From the NCBI GenBank assembly GCA_004431415.1, contig QPMI01000569.1, positions 62,001 to 126,000 of the forward strand: a stretch of DNA of 64,000 nt. Direction: 5' to 3'. The notes beneath the pieces are model-generated. The model was not told the origin of the DNA. It ran no database searches and worked only from the letters and a program-made list of their open reading frames with translations. Shown piece by piece: positions 50,293-62,789 of the stretch (the first letter of the stretch is position 1; each line of letters opens with the position of its first letter). Origin of the DNA: Cyanophora paradoxa CCMP329. Lineage: Eukaryota; Plantae; Glaucophyta. The position numbers and the translations under genes are program-made.

Positions 50293-53200
50293 CTAGAGGG
50301 GCGGCAGGTCGGCGCCGGGCCGCTGCCAGGGCATGGCCGTCGGCGTGACGGTCGAGCCGAGGCGCAGGGCGCCCCGCGAGCCGCTCCGCACGGGCGCCGC
50401 CCGCGGGTGCAGCTGCGGCGAGGCCGCGGCCGAGGGGGCGGCGGCGGCGGGCAGGGCGGCGGCGGAGGAGGGCGGGGAGAGGGGCCGGCGCCGCTGCTGG
50501 AGCGCCGGGCGAGGCGGACGGCCCCGACGGCGGAGCCGGCGGCCGGGGAGGGCGGCGAGGGCGGCTCCAGCGCGCCAGCGCTCGAGTCGCGCCGGTGCAG
50601 CGTCACCGGCCGCGAGACGGGCACCGCCCCGCCCGGGTCCCCTCGGGCGCGGGGCGGGGCCCGGCGCGCGGCCCGCGCGGAGGGCGAGGGCGGGGCCGAG
50701 GACGCCGCCGCCGCCGGAGGGCTGCCGCACGAGGCGCCGCGGGGGCGAGCGGTCGGCCTGGCGGGAGGAGGCGCGGGGAGGCCGGCGCCGGCGCTGTCGG
50801 AGCGGGCGAGGGCCGAGGCGCGCGCCCCCGCGAGGAGCGCGCCACCGGAGAGGATGGACGAGGCGGAGGCGGAGGGCGCGAGGGCCGGCGCGAGAGAGCC
50901 CGGCGCCCCCCGCGCCCCTCCCCCGCCTGCGCCTGCGCCGGGAGCGCGAAGCCGCGGGCGCCCGCCGCCCCGCCGCCCCGCCAGGGCCCGGGACGGGGGC
51001 GGGTACGACTCCGAGAGGGACGCCTCGGGGGGGGAGAGCGGGTCCAGCCTGGGGCGGGAGGAGGAGCTGGGGGTGGGTACGACGCGCCCGAAGCCGGAGG
51101 AAGGCCCCGGAGGGGAGCCAACCGCGAGGCCTTCGTCGCGCGGGTGAACGTTCCTCAGGGAGTCGCGCGCCAGCAGGGGCGCCGGCGGGGCCAGGCTCCC
51201 CTGCGACCCCGAGGGGCCGAGCCGCGCGCCCGGGCCCCGCGCGGGGCTGTAATCGCGCTCCAGGGGCGGCAGGCCCTCGGCGGGGGCGGGGCCGGGGCGG
51301 GGGCGGGGCCGAGGTGGCCCAGGGCGTCGGGGCCGACGAAGGGGGCCGGCGGGGCGAGGCTCGACTGGGAGGGGAGGAGCCGGGGGGAGGCGGCCCCGGC
51401 TCGGGGAGCGGCCCTCCGCTCTAGCGAGCGCGAGCGGGCGGCGCCGCCGGGGCTTGGCGGCGACTCCCGCGCCGAGCTCGCCCCCCCCGCGGCCCCCGCG
51501 GGAGGTGCCTGGGGCCCGGGGCCCCCCTCGAGGTCGAGGGGGGCGAGGAGGTGGCCCAGGGAGTCGGGGCCCACGAAGGGGACCGGGGGGTCAGGCTCCC
51601 GTGCCGCGGCAGGGCGGCGAGGCGGGGCGGGGGCCCTCCCTCGAGCTCAGCTCCGCCGGCAGAGAGTCGGCGCGGGCCCGCACGGCGCGCTTGGGCGAGG
51701 AAGGCGGCGGCGTGCCCGGCGCAGGCGCCTGCGCCGGGGCGGGCCCGTGGCTGTAGAAGTCGGGCGGGGGGCTAGGGGCCGCGCCGCCGCCGCCGTCGTC
51801 GTCAGCGGAGCGGGAGACGGCGAAGCGGGGGAGCCGGCGGGCGAGCGCGTCGGCGAGCGCGGGCCCGGGAGCGCGGAGGGCACCGAGCCCGAGCGCGCCC
51901 GCGGCGGGCTGCCGAAGGACGAGGGCGAGGGGGCGGCTCGACGAGGCTCGGGCCGGGCGCTGGGCCGTCCTCCGAGACGAGGAGGGCGGGGCGGGGTATG
52001 GGCGAGGAGAGCGACGTCGAGCGGGCGCGGACCTGCCGCTGGGGCGAGGCGGGAACCGCCCTGGGGCGCGCGGCGCGCGTGAGGGAAAGCGAGAGGGAGG
52101 GCGGGGGGCGGGGCGCACGGGCCGGGGTCCGGGGCGTGCCCGGGGGAGAGGGGCGCGTCGGAGCCCGGGCCCGGGTCCGGGGCGCCCTCGGAGACGACGA
52201 GGGAGGGACGGCGGATGAGGGGCGAGAGGGCCCGCCCCGCCCCGTGGCCCCCCGGCGAGGCCGGGCCCAGCGCCGGCAGCGCCCTGCGCCAGGTTAAGGA
52301 GGAGAAGCGGGCGGGGGAGGGGTACGCAAGCTCGCCGGTGCGCGAGGTCGATGATGATGCCGAGGGCGCCACCGGGATTCGAGCCGGCGAGCTGCGGGCT
52401 CCCCGTGGGCGACGCCGCGCGGGGGCGGAGCGGCGGGCCGGCGTCGGAGTCGCTGCCGCGGCGGCGGGCGCCCGGCGGCTCGCGCAGAGCGGGCGGCTCG
52501 AGGGCCGGCTCGCTGGCCCGCCGCCGCGGCTCGGGCCGCCAGTGCGGCAGCCCCAGCGGCGAAAATCGTGCCGGCGCGCCATCGCCCTCCTCCTGCGCCC
52601 CGGGCCGGCCGGCCCCCTCCTCCCCCTCCTCGCCGCCCTCCTTGGCGGGGCCCTCGTCGCCCTCGCGCTGCTCGTCGATCTGGGGCAGCCGCGGGGCGCC
52701 CTCCGCCCCGTGGGCCCCGGAGGCGGCGAGGTCCGCGGCGCCCGCCCGCGGAGCGCGCGACGTCCTCCGCCGCCGCCGCAGCCGCCGCCACCGCCGCCTC
52801 GGCCTCCACCCGCTTCCTCTGCGCTCGGGTCGGATCAGATCTGAGCGGGCCGGATGCGGCGGGATCGGAGGCGGGGCGGGGCGCCTGCTTGCGGACGCGG
52901 GCGGCGCGGTTGGAGACGGAGCGGCGCGCCGCGCGGACGATGGCCGCCGCGTGCCCGCCGTCCTCGAGGCGCGCCGCCAGGCCCGGGCCCAGCGCGCACA
53001 GCGCCCGCACCAGCGCCCAGCCTGCCCGGGTAGGCGGCGGTGAGGATGGGGAAAGGAGGCTGGGGGGCTAGGGGCACCGAAGAGGCCGTCGCGGCGGGGG
53101 CGGGGGCCTGGGCGGGGGCGGGGCCCCCGGCGCCCTCTCCTGGCCGGGCATCGTGCTGGGGTCCGAGTTGCGGCGGGCCCGGCCCCCGCGCTCCGCGATC

Positions 53201-55291
53201 CCCTCCAGGCCCTGCGCTCCCTCCGCTGAGCGCCGGGATCGCGGGGGAGAGGGAGGGGGGCGCGCGCGCCTCGTCGGGGGCGCCCTGCGAGGCGGCGCGG
53301 GCGACGCTCGAGCGCCGAGTCGGCGACTTGCGCCCCTGCCGCCCCTGCCGCCCCCGGGGCCCCGTCAGCAGCGGGGCTGGCGGAGGCGCGAGAGGGCGGG
53401 AAGAGCGCGCGCGGAGGACGCGCCTGGGCGCCGGAGGAGGAGCGGGAGAGGGGGCGGGAGGGGGAGCCGCCCGACGGGCTCCGCTTCACGCTCCGCTGCA
53501 TGAGCCGCTCGTACGCCGAGTTGCTGCCGGACGGATGAGGGGGGAAGGAATGGGGAGGAGCGAGGAGGGGGTACCTGATCATCTCGACGGCGTCGGTGAT
53601 GAGGCGCCGCGGGGGCGCCCACTGGCTCCGGGGTCGGCGGGGGTACAGGGGAGAGCGGGGAAGGGGAGTCGGACCGGCTTGGGGGCCTCGAGGGCGGCCA
53701 CGTAGATCTTGGCGCGCTTCCCCTCCGCGAGCCCCCGGGCCTGGGCGGGGCGGGGCCGGGCCGGGCGCTCGGCGAGGCTCGGGAGGGGTGCGAGGGGTGG
53801 GGCGGGGGGTACCTCGCGCAGCATCTGCTCCGCGCGCCGGCGGCGGCGCTCCATCCTGCGTCGAAAGTTGGAGAGGGGTACTGCGCGTATCAGCCCTCGG
53901 AACGCACGCGTCCTCAGAGCTCATGAGGCCGCCGATGAGCGCCGCGGCGCCGCCCGGCTTGATTTCTGCGAACGGAGGCGCGCTCGGAACCCGGTCTCGC
54001 TCTCGAGGAGGGGGGGGGGTACGCACCCTCGAGGGGCCGGAGGACGTCACGCCCCAAGGCGGCATCGAAGCGCGCGATGGTATCGTAGAGCACGCGGAGG
54101 AATCCCGCGTACTTCGCCTGTACCCCCCTTCCCGTGAGACACAATCGGGGCGCAGGAGGGGTACGGGGGCACCTGGGAGATGCCGAGGGTCCAAACGTCG
54201 ACGATCTCGAAGATGCAGCGGAGGAAGCGGGGGCGGTTAATGAACTCTTGCCCGCCGCTGGGGGTGCGGCGTCAGGGAAGGGGAGGCGCGGCGGGGAAGA
54301 GGCGCGCCTGTCAACGTCCCAGTCCTCGACGGCCGTCTTGAGGGCGTGGAGGGGGTCCCATCTGAGGGGGTACAGGTCAGGGGTACAGCCGTCGAGAGCG
54401 CGCTGGGCGCGGACCGGTCGTTCAGGGCACGGTATACCGCCGCGTGGAATCTCTGCGGAAGGGGTACGTTGATCTCGTGGGGGCGGGGGAGGGGGGTACA
54501 GAAGGGGTCAGGGGGGTCGGGGCGCTGCCTTGTAGCGGTCGAAGTAGAGGACCTCGTCCTCGGGCCCGTCCAGTGCCACGGCCCACATCTTTCCCGTACC
54601 CCGTCAGGAGGGAGGGGTACGCCGATCTCGGACGGGGCGGGGCGGGGGCGCGCCCTGCGGAGGGAGGCGAGGATGTCGGGGTCGAAGCGGAGGCTCTCGC
54701 GCGTCAGGAGCGCAAAGTCGCTGCGCGCGGCTCGGATCGGGGGGTACGCGCGCGGGGGGGCTGGAGTAGTACCCGTGGAGGTCCTCGTCGAAGGCTTCGG
54801 CGGCCGGGGGGGAGCCGGCGGCCGGAGGGGAGGCGCGCGGGTCGGGCGGCGGGGGGGCACGGTACTCGGCCCGCAGGACCTCGATGAACCCCTGCGCGCA
54901 GATCGGATCGAATTCAACGATCCGGGGCGAGGAGGGCCCGGCGCACCGGTCCGCGGGGCCGCCGGGCGGTCGACCCGTGCCAAGAGTTGCGGCGCGGGCG
55001 GAGGCGCGCGCGGGTCATCTCGACGAGGGCAGCCGGCGCGTCATCGCGCTCCAGGATCGCCTCTGGGCGCGCGGCGAGCGTCATGCCGTCCACGGGGCGC
55101 GGGGCCGCCGCCATAGAGGCGGAGAGGCGCTTGGCGCTGCTGGCGGCGATGGAGGTCCTCCGCCCGGGCACCGCGCCCTCGGCGCTCGAGCCGCTTCTGG
55201 AAAGGGACTCGTCGGCATCGACGAGAGGCGGGAGCCTCTCATCGGGGCTGCCTTCGAGCTCCGAGGCCTGGACCGGAAGTGGCTCGGCCAT
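50293..55291 (-). CDS. Uncharacterised protein with an EF-hand-like domain and long Pro/Ser/Ala-rich tail (paralogue 2)
   Basis: Spliced core: RSDFALLTRESLRFDPDILASLRR|MWAVA...YFDRYK|RFHAAVYRALND|RWDPLHALKTAVEDWDVD|..INRPRFLRCIFEIVDVWT..|AKYAGFLRVLYDTI. Ends ADLPPL*. The 3' exon structure is uncertain. Confidence 0.6.
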
Positions 55292-55755
55292 GTTCCCCAA
55301 GCTCGGCCACGGCACGGCTTGAGCGCTGCGGAAACGGTGCTGTACTCTTCAACGACTAAGCCCTGAGGAGCTCCTCCAGCGACACGTAATCCTCTAGATC
55401 TGGGCCCGCGTCATCGCGGCTAGTGCTTCGCCATCCGCCGACTCCGAGAGCATCTGGCTCCTCGGTGACCGCTATCTTAGCGCCGACAGGCTCGTACGCG
55501 CATACAGCAGGCTGCCAGCAAGCTGCCGGCCGGCGAGGAAAGTTTTCGGCAGTATACTTCAAATCCTGGCGGGGTCATTAGAGTGCACGCCCCGCTAGCG
55601 GCCCGCGCGGTCTCATCGACGTCGCTCGCCACCTTCACTTCGCTGAGAATGCATGCGCACATCTACATCGCAGCGCGGCGCGAGATCTACAGGCGGCCGA
55701 CGACAGCCATGAATTCGAACGGCGTCGGCCACGGGCGGCCCAGGCGAGCGGGGCT

Positions 55756-58700
55756 TTAGATGGCAAACTTCGGGCCCTGCTGCCGCCGCGGCTTGTCCGA
55801 CACCGTCCCTGCGCGCCGCGGCGGTCAGGGCGGCCAGACGCAAGGAGGGATTCGACCCGTTCGAATTTGATCCGAGGCGCGGCGCACCGGGCTTCGTGTT
55901 CGCCTCGGGGCAGTCGTTCAGCTCCTTGGGTACCGCGTTCTTGGTCGCGAGCAAAGTCTGCTTGAGGTCGTACCTGCGCGGGGGGTTGAGCCGCGCCGGA
56001 GGCGGAGGCGGGGGAGGGGTACGCACATGATGTCCGTGTCGTTGAGGGTGAGGAGAGAGGTGGCGGTACCCGTCGCGCCGGCGCGACCCGTGCGCCCGAT
56101 GCGGTGCGTGTACGCTGCGCGCCGGGGGCGGTGAGGGCGGGGGCGCCGGGCCGGGCCGGGGAAGGGGGCGCGCACTCTCGATGGACGAGGGCATGTCGTA
56201 GTTGATGACGTGCTTGACGCCCTTGATGTCGATACCACGGCCTGCCGGACCCGCAGATCAGACACCATAGATCAGGAAAGGGGGTAGGGGCGCGCCGGCG
56301 ACGTCGGTCGCGACCAGAACGTCCACGCGGCGCTCCCGGAACGACTGCGGCGCGAGTGAGGGGGGTACGGGCGCTCGCGGGGGTACGCCGGCGGGCGGAC
56401 GTTCAGGGCCTCCTCGCGCTGGTCCTGCATCTTGCCCGAGTGGATGGCGGCCGCCCGCTTCTGCGGGGGCCGTGAGCTCCGGGGGGGGGGGGGGGGGGGT
56501 CCGAGGGAGGGGGTACCCCGGCCTCGTGGTTGACGCCGCGCGCCACGAAGTCCGCCATCTTCTTCGAGCTGCGCGGGGGCACGCGCGCCTCGGGGGTCGC
56601 TCGGGGGCGGCGGGGCTCGGGGGGCGGACCCGACGAAGATCATGATGGGCGGCTCGGCGCGGCGGACGAGCTCGACGAGGCGGTCCCTGGCCGCCCGCGC
56701 GTCAGGGCGCTCGGAACACGGCGGGGGGAACTCGATGGACGGCGCTTTCTCCCGGGGAGAGGGGCGGGCGGGGCGCGGGGCCCGCGCACTTCTTCTGGGC
56801 CTCGGTGACGACCATGACGACCTGCTTGATGCGGTCCACCGCCTGCCCCGGCGTGCCCACTGCACCCCGCACGCCCCCGCGCCCTCAGCGGAGGAGAGGG
56901 AGGGAGGGAGAGAGGGAGGGGGCGGGCCCTGGATGGTGATGGGGTTGCGGAGGTACTTCTTCGCGAGGCGCTCCACTGAGGCCGGCATCGTCGCCTGCGC
57001 CCCCGCCCCGCCCGCCCCGTGAGCGCCAGGGGAAGGGGCGGGGCGGGGCGGGGCGGGCGGACGGAGAACATGAAGGTCTGGCGGTAGATCTTGAGCGACT
57101 CGTCCATCTGCGCGCCGCTCCGCGTGAGCGGCGGCGGGCGAAGAAGGCGAGCCGAGGGGGCGCGCCTCCTCCTCGTTCTCGGGGCGCAGGTTGGAGGCCG
57201 GCATGGCGTCCAGCACGTAGTTCAGCGCCTGCCGCCCCGTTGCTCGCGAGCGGGGCGGGGCGGGGCGGGCGGGGGCGGGGCGGGGCGCGGGGAGGGGGCG
57301 CACGGGCTCGAATCCGAGCTCGAGCATGCGGTCCGCCTCGTCCAGCACCACGTAGTTGCACTGCGGGGCCCCGCCCCTCAGCCCCGCGCCGAGGAGGGGG
57401 GGCCTGCCCCCGCACCTGGTTCAGCACGATGTAGCGCTTCTCGATGCAGTCCGCCATGCGCCCCGCTGCCGCACGCGTCGGCCCCGGCCCGCGCGGGAGG
57501 GAGGGGGCGGGGGATTAGAGGGCGGCCGCACGCGTGGCGATGATGATCTCGACACCATCGCGCATGTCGAAGCCTGCGGCAGGTGAGAGGTGGGAGGGGA
57601 GGGGAGGGGAGGTGGGAGGGGCGGCTGCGGCCCAAGGCGCGCCCTGCTGCTCGATGTTGATGCCGCCGACGATGGAGTAGACGCGGAGGCCCACGGCCTC
57701 CGCGAACTTGCGCGCCTCCTGCGCCCGCCCGCCCCAGTGAGCCGGGCCGGCAGGCCAGAGCGAGGGGGGGGGAGGGGCCGCGCCTCCTCGATCTGCTGCG
57801 CGAGCTCGCGGGTCGGGGCCATCACCACCGCGTACGGGCCCTCCGCCGCGTTCTCCTGCGTCATCTGCCGGCGAACCAAGTCAGGGGGGTGCAGAGGGGG
57901 GGAGAGGAGAAGGGGGGGAGGGGTAGGACGGACCGGGGGGCAGACGGTCTTGATGTACATGAGCATGGGGATGACGAAGGCCGCCGTCTTGCCTGCGGGG
58001 GGGTACGTTGGAGGGGGGGCGCCGTGAAGGGGCGGGGTGGTGCGGGGGGTACCGGAGCCGGTCTCGGCGACGCCGATGATGTCGCGGCGGGAGAGGCCGA
58101 TCGGGATCGCCTGCATCTGGCTGCGGGGCGGGCGGCGAGGCGGCTCAGCCGAGATCCAGCCTCAGAGGACGAGGAAGAAGGGGGGAGCGGGCGGACATGG
58201 GGGTCGGCTTGTCGTACTTGGCCTTGACGGTGATCGCCTCGTGCAGGCTGGGCTGCAGCTGCGCCTCCTCCCAGTTCCGGCTGCGCGGGCGCCAGCGCTC
58301 AGCAGGCGGCGCAGGCGGCGCGGCGCCTGCGAGGGCCCCCGCACATTGGGTTGGCGATGCGGTTGCCGCGGCAGGAGATCTCGTGGTCCTCCCGCATGAT
58401 GCGCCAGTCGCGCTCCGTCATCTCCTCCAGCTGCACGCGAAAGGCGTCGGAAGGGAGACCCCGGCTCTCGGGCGGGGCGGGCGGGGGCGGGGCGGGGGCG
58501 GCGCGGCACCTTCTTCTCGGACCAGTGCTTCTCCTGCTTCAGGCGGCCGCCCACGATGCCGGCCGTCGAGCGGTCCTTCAGGGCCGCCCCCACTTCGGCC
58601 GCCGCCGGCGCCGCCGCCGCCGCCTGCCCCTCCTCCCCGCCCTCGGCGCCCGCCGCCGCCGCCGCCATCTCCTCCTCCAGCTTCTCCTCCTCCGTCTTCT

Positions 58701-60708
58701 CCCGCGCCTGCCCCGTCCCCGGGTTCAGAGGGGCGGGTGCAGGCCGGGAGGGGGTACGCGCCGGGACGTCGTCGCGCTCCTCCGCCTCCTCCTCGAGCCG
58801 CCGCACGATCTCCTCCCGCGTGCTGCGCGGCAGTCGCACCCCGGCGCAAAGGGGAAGGGGGGGGAGGGGAGGGGGGGAGCTGGCGCACAGCGGGCGCTCG
58901 CGCGGGGCGCCCGGGCCGGCAACGATCTCCGCCCCGTCCGGGACGACGTTCGCCCGGGGCGCGGGGCTGCCCCCCCCGTTGTTCACGCCCAGCCACTTCG
59001 ACTGCGGCCAAAATCAGCGACGGGGCGGGCAGGGAGGGGGTATATGGCAAACCTGATCGTTGCGGTCGACGCCGCCGACGTACCCCCGCCCGAAGAGCGG
59101 GCGGAAGGTGCCGGCGCCTTGCCTTCGAACAGAGGGGACGGAGGATAAGCCAGGATCCCGGGGCCGCCGGGGGGGCGGTTGGGGGGTGCAGGGGGGTACG
59201 GGGAACGCACAGGGGAGCCGCCTCCTTCGTCGTGTCGTCCGACGCGTCCCACGTGTCCATCTGGGGGTACGGCGTTGGCTTCGGGGGGACGGGATAAGAT
59301 GCGGCGGGGTACGGGCGCACGCGGGCGAGCTTGAACTTCTCGGAGGGCTTGATGAACTTCTTCTGGTTCTTCTGCATGCCCATGTACTGGGCCTGCGCGG
59401 GGTACGCGATTCAGCGCGAAGAGGCGCGAGGCGGCGGGGGTGGGGGCCGAGGCGGGGGGGCGGGCCTTGATCGCTGCGACCTCCTTTTCCATCTGGGCGC
59501 GCATCTGTGCCGCCTTCCGCTCTGCGGCCGGCGCTGTGAGGCGGAGCGCGCGGGGCCGCCGCGCTGGGTGCGCCGGGCCCCGCCCCGCGCACCCTCCTCC
59601 TGCTGCTTCTTGCGCTCCTCCTCCTTCCGACGCTCCTCCTCCCGGTCACGCCTGCCGTGCCCGCGTCGGCGGGGCACGCGGCAGCCGGCTGGGGAGAACG
59701 GAGAGGGCGTACCCCCGGTCCCGATCCCTGTCGCGGTCCCGTCTGTCGCGGTCCCGCCGCTCGCGGCTCCGAGAACGGTCCCGCCTGCAGCGGAGCGCGC
59801 GTGAGGGGGCGCGGTTGGTGCGGCGGGGCGTGCGCGCGGCGGCGCACCGGTCCCGGTCGCGTCTGTCGCGGTCGTCGCGGGAGCGGTCGCGGTCCCGATC
59901 GTCGCGCCTGTCCCGGTCCCGGCCGCCCCGGTCCCTGCCCGGCCCGCGTCAGCCGCGCGCAAGGGCAGAGGCGGTGCGCCCTAAGCTAAGCGCTCGCGGC
60001 CGACGATCCGGTCGCATACTACTCTGCCCCGCTCGGCTGCGGCTGGCCCCGCGGGCCGAGCCGCGCTGGCCGACCGCACTCCATCGACCCCCCGGCGAAG
60101 CCGGCGCGTCCACGCACCGGTCGCGGTCCCGATCGTCCCGCCTGTCGCGGTCCCTGTCGCGCGCCCTGTCTGCCTCCTTCTTCTCCTCCTCTGCGCGGAG
60201 CGCGTCGGCGCAAGCATATGAAGCAACTCATCGGCGGTCTCCAGGCGGGGGCGCCGCGGCGCCGACTGTGCAGGGCGCCGTCTAGCTAGACTAGAGAGCG
60301 CACCCTCAGTCTTCATGCCGGTTGCCATTTGCGCGACTCGCCGGTCCGAGCCCTGCTGCGCTCGCATCGCCTCCACCTGGGCCGCTCTCCGAGCGAGAGC
60401 CGCCGCCTCACGTTGCTCCTTGGTCATGAACGTCGGCTGCGCTCTTGAGCGTAAGCGCGGGCGGGAGCGCGGGCATCGTCGTGGTCTAGAGGCTTCGCCG
60501 GCCTTGGCCGCGTGCACGGGCTCGCTCGCACCTTGCTGAGCTGCTTCTCTTGCTCAAGCTTCCGCTTCTTGATCTCCTCGAGCGAGAGCGGCTGCGTACA
60601 TCGCATGTCAGGGCGGCGGCGATGGCTCTGGCTCGCATCGATCGAACGCATTCGATCACTCGCCTCATTCCTGCGCTTCGTGCCCCCGTTCTCGGCCTGC
60701 GCCTCCAT
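55756..60708 (-). CDS. DDX23: DEAD-box pre-mRNA splicing helicase PRP28/DDX23
   Basis: [18 protein letters not shown]-rich N-terminus, KPSEKFK, WDASDDT, HWSEKK|[36 protein letters not shown]|[34 protein letters not shown]|[20 protein letters not shown]|[22 protein letters not shown]. Confidence 0.95.
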
Positions 60709-60890
60709 TGTGTCGGCGGAGCTGCAGCTGCCGGACTGCCGGTACCCCCCTCGAGCTCGCCCCGGGTCGCCCGAGTCGCCCCGACTCTCCCGCCTGCAGC
60801 CCGCCACGGCCGTCTGCAGCCCCATCTTGGTCGCTCAAACGAGCCGATTCGATCGCTTCCGTCTCCTGACGAAGCCCTGCGAATTTAGAG
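60709..60890. promoter_or_regulatory. Very short (182 bp) divergent promoter between DDX23 and the PfkB kinase
   Basis: Head-to-head ATGs at 60708 (-) and 60891 (+). Confidence 0.4.
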
Positions 60891-62789
60891 ATGCCGGCGG
60901 GGAAGGCGCACGACGTCGTCGGCATCTGCACGGCCATGGTATTCCGAGCCTTCAGCCGCGAGGACGCCTGGCGGACGCGCCTGGCTGACCGCGGCGCGCA
61001 GGTCGACCTGCAGGCGCGGGCGGAGCCAGAGGAGCTCGCGGCCGCCGGCGTCGAGCTCGACGTCGGCCGCATGCGCGTGGTGCGCGCGCGTTGTGCGTGC
61101 CGCCGCCCGCGCAGCTGCCGATCGCCCCGGGCGGGCCGGCCCCCGGCGCCCGCAGATCGACCTCTTCGAACGCGGGCACGTCCTGGCTGCGCTCGAGGCG
61201 CGCGGGGGCACGACAACCCTCGCCGGCGGCTCCGTCGCCAACGTACGCCCTCGCCGCGCCCGGCGCCCCGCGGCCCGGCTCGCCCAACCCGTCTGACGGT
61301 CGCCCCTTCGCGGCAGTCGATAGCGACCGTGGGGCTCCTCGGTGGGCGCGCGTGCATGGCAGGCGAGCCGTGCCCCTGCGCCTTCCATCTCCCCGTCGAC
61401 GTCGCGCGCCGGACCGACGGGGCGCGCTGCGGCAGGCTGCGTCGCCCCCGACGGTCTCGGGGACTTCTATCTGGCCGAGAGCGCTCGCTTCGGCGTCCGT
61501 TTCGTGAACAACCGTACCCGTGCGCGCAAGCGCGCATCCCGCTGCCGCCGCCCCCGCTCAGCCCCATGCGCGGGGCAGTGGACGGGACGGGGACGTGCGT
61601 CGTGCTCACCCACGGGGACGGCCAGCGGTCCATGGTACCCCCTCCTCTCTCTTCCCCTTCTTGGCCCTTTCTGACTCCCGTCGCTCAGCTCTCGTACCTC
61701 GGAGCAGGTCTCCCCGCCCCGCTCGCTCCTTCCCCCCACCGCCGACCCCCTCCCGCGCGCCCGGCCCCGCAGCCAAGGACGTGTACCCCACCCCCGAGGT
61801 CCTCGCCGCCTGCCGGAACGCGAAGGCTGTCTTCATCGAGGGGTACGGCGTTTCCGATAGCGCGCCGATCCTGCACCGGTACCCCCCTCGACCGCCCGGG
61901 GCCGCAGGTACCTGGCGGACGCGGGGAGCATCCCGGAGGGGGTACGGAGCGGGCTGTACGAGCTGGCGGGGGCGGCGCGCGCGGCGGGCGGGGAGGCGGT
62001 GCTCTCGCTCTCGGACGCCTCGTGCGTGGGGCGCAACGGGCCGGCCTTCCGCCGCTTCCTGGACGAGGGCCTCCTCTCCGGCCTCTTCGCCAACGCCGAG
62101 GAGGTCCGCCCCGCACCCCGCCCCGCGCAGCGCCCGCGGGGGGTACACACGCCCGCCCGCTCGCAGGCGTCGGTGCTGACGGGAGAAAGGGACCCGCGGG
62201 CGGCCACCGACTGGCTCGGGCGGCGATGCCGCGGGGGCGGTGGCGGCGGCGGCTGGGCGGTTGTCACGGACGGCTGCGAGGCGCGCCCGCCCTCGCCCTC
62301 GCCCACGCCCTCGGTTCAACTTCTTGTTGTTCCGCTGATCGGCATGCGCGGCAGGGCGCGTACGTGTGGTCCAACGGGCACACGGAGAGGGTGCGCATGC
62401 GCTCTCCCGCCAGGCTCGCGACCCTGAATGCCAACGGCCCCCGGCCCTGCGGCCGGCCGGCAGGTCCCCGCTGTCGCCTGCCCCGAGCCCCTCGACAGCA
62501 CCGGCGCCGGCGACGCCTACGCGGTGCGCGCCCCTCCCATCCCCTCCTCTCTCTCCCTACCGGCCGCTCGGCTCTTCTGAGGCCGGCGGGGCGCGGGGCG
62601 CGCGCGGGGCGGGGCGGGGCGGGGCAGGGAGCGGTGCTGTACGGGCTCTACTCGGCCGGGTGGTCCCTGCGCGAGGCGGCGGCCTTCGGCGCCTCCCTCG
62701 CCGCCCGCGTCGTCGCCCGCTTCGGCGCCCGCCTGCCCCCGGGCGAGCCCTACGCCCAGGCATGGCGCCCCGGCGGGGGAGGCCTGTAG
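60891..62789 (+). CDS. PfkB/ribokinase-family (adenosine/inosine kinase-like) carbohydrate kinase
   Basis: DVVGICTAM|VD, AGGSVAN|S, G|CVAPDGLGDFY, TGTCVVLTHGDGQRSM|LSYLGA, VFIEG|YL, LSLSD, LFANAEE|A, VVTDG, DSTGAGDAYA|GAVLYGL, AARVVARFGARL. Confidence 0.9.
   Translation: MPAGKAHDVVGICTAMVFRAFSREDAWRTRLADRGAQVDLQARAEPEELAAAGVELDVGRMRVVRARCACRRPRSCRSPRAGRPPAPADRPLRTRARPGCARGARGHDNPRRRLRRQRTPSPRPAPRGPARPTRLTVAPSRQSIATVGLLGGRACMAGEPCPCAFHLPVDVARRTDGARCGRLRRPRRSRGLLSGRERSLRRPFREQPYPCAQARIPLPPPPLSPMRGAVDGTGTCVVLTHGDGQRSMVPPPLSSPSWPFLTPVAQLSYLGAGLPAPLAPSPHRRPPPARPAPQPRTCTPPPRSSPPAGTRRLSSSRGTAFPIARRSCTGTPLDRPGPQVPGGRGEHPGGGTERAVRAGGGGARGGRGGGALALGRLVRGAQRAGLPPLPGRGPPLRPLRQRRGGPPRTPPRAAPAGGTHARPLAGVGADGRKGPAGGHRLARAAMPRGRWRRRLGGCHGRLRGAPALALAHALGSTSCCSADRHARQGAYVWSNGHTERVRMRSPARLATLNANGPRPCGRPAGPRCRLPRAPRQHRRRRRLRGARPSHPLLSLPTGRSALLRPAGRGARAGRGGAGQGAVLYGLYSAGWSLREAAAFGASLAARVVARFGARLPPGEPYAQAWRPGGGGL

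Noticed and set aside
50333-54194. Very long ORFs in the track (e.g. 867 aa at 51591-54194, 495 aa at 50595-52082)
   Set aside because: They are Pro/Arg/Gly/Ala-rich read-through of introns or antisense frames, caused by stop-codon scarcity at extreme GC. They are not independent genes.
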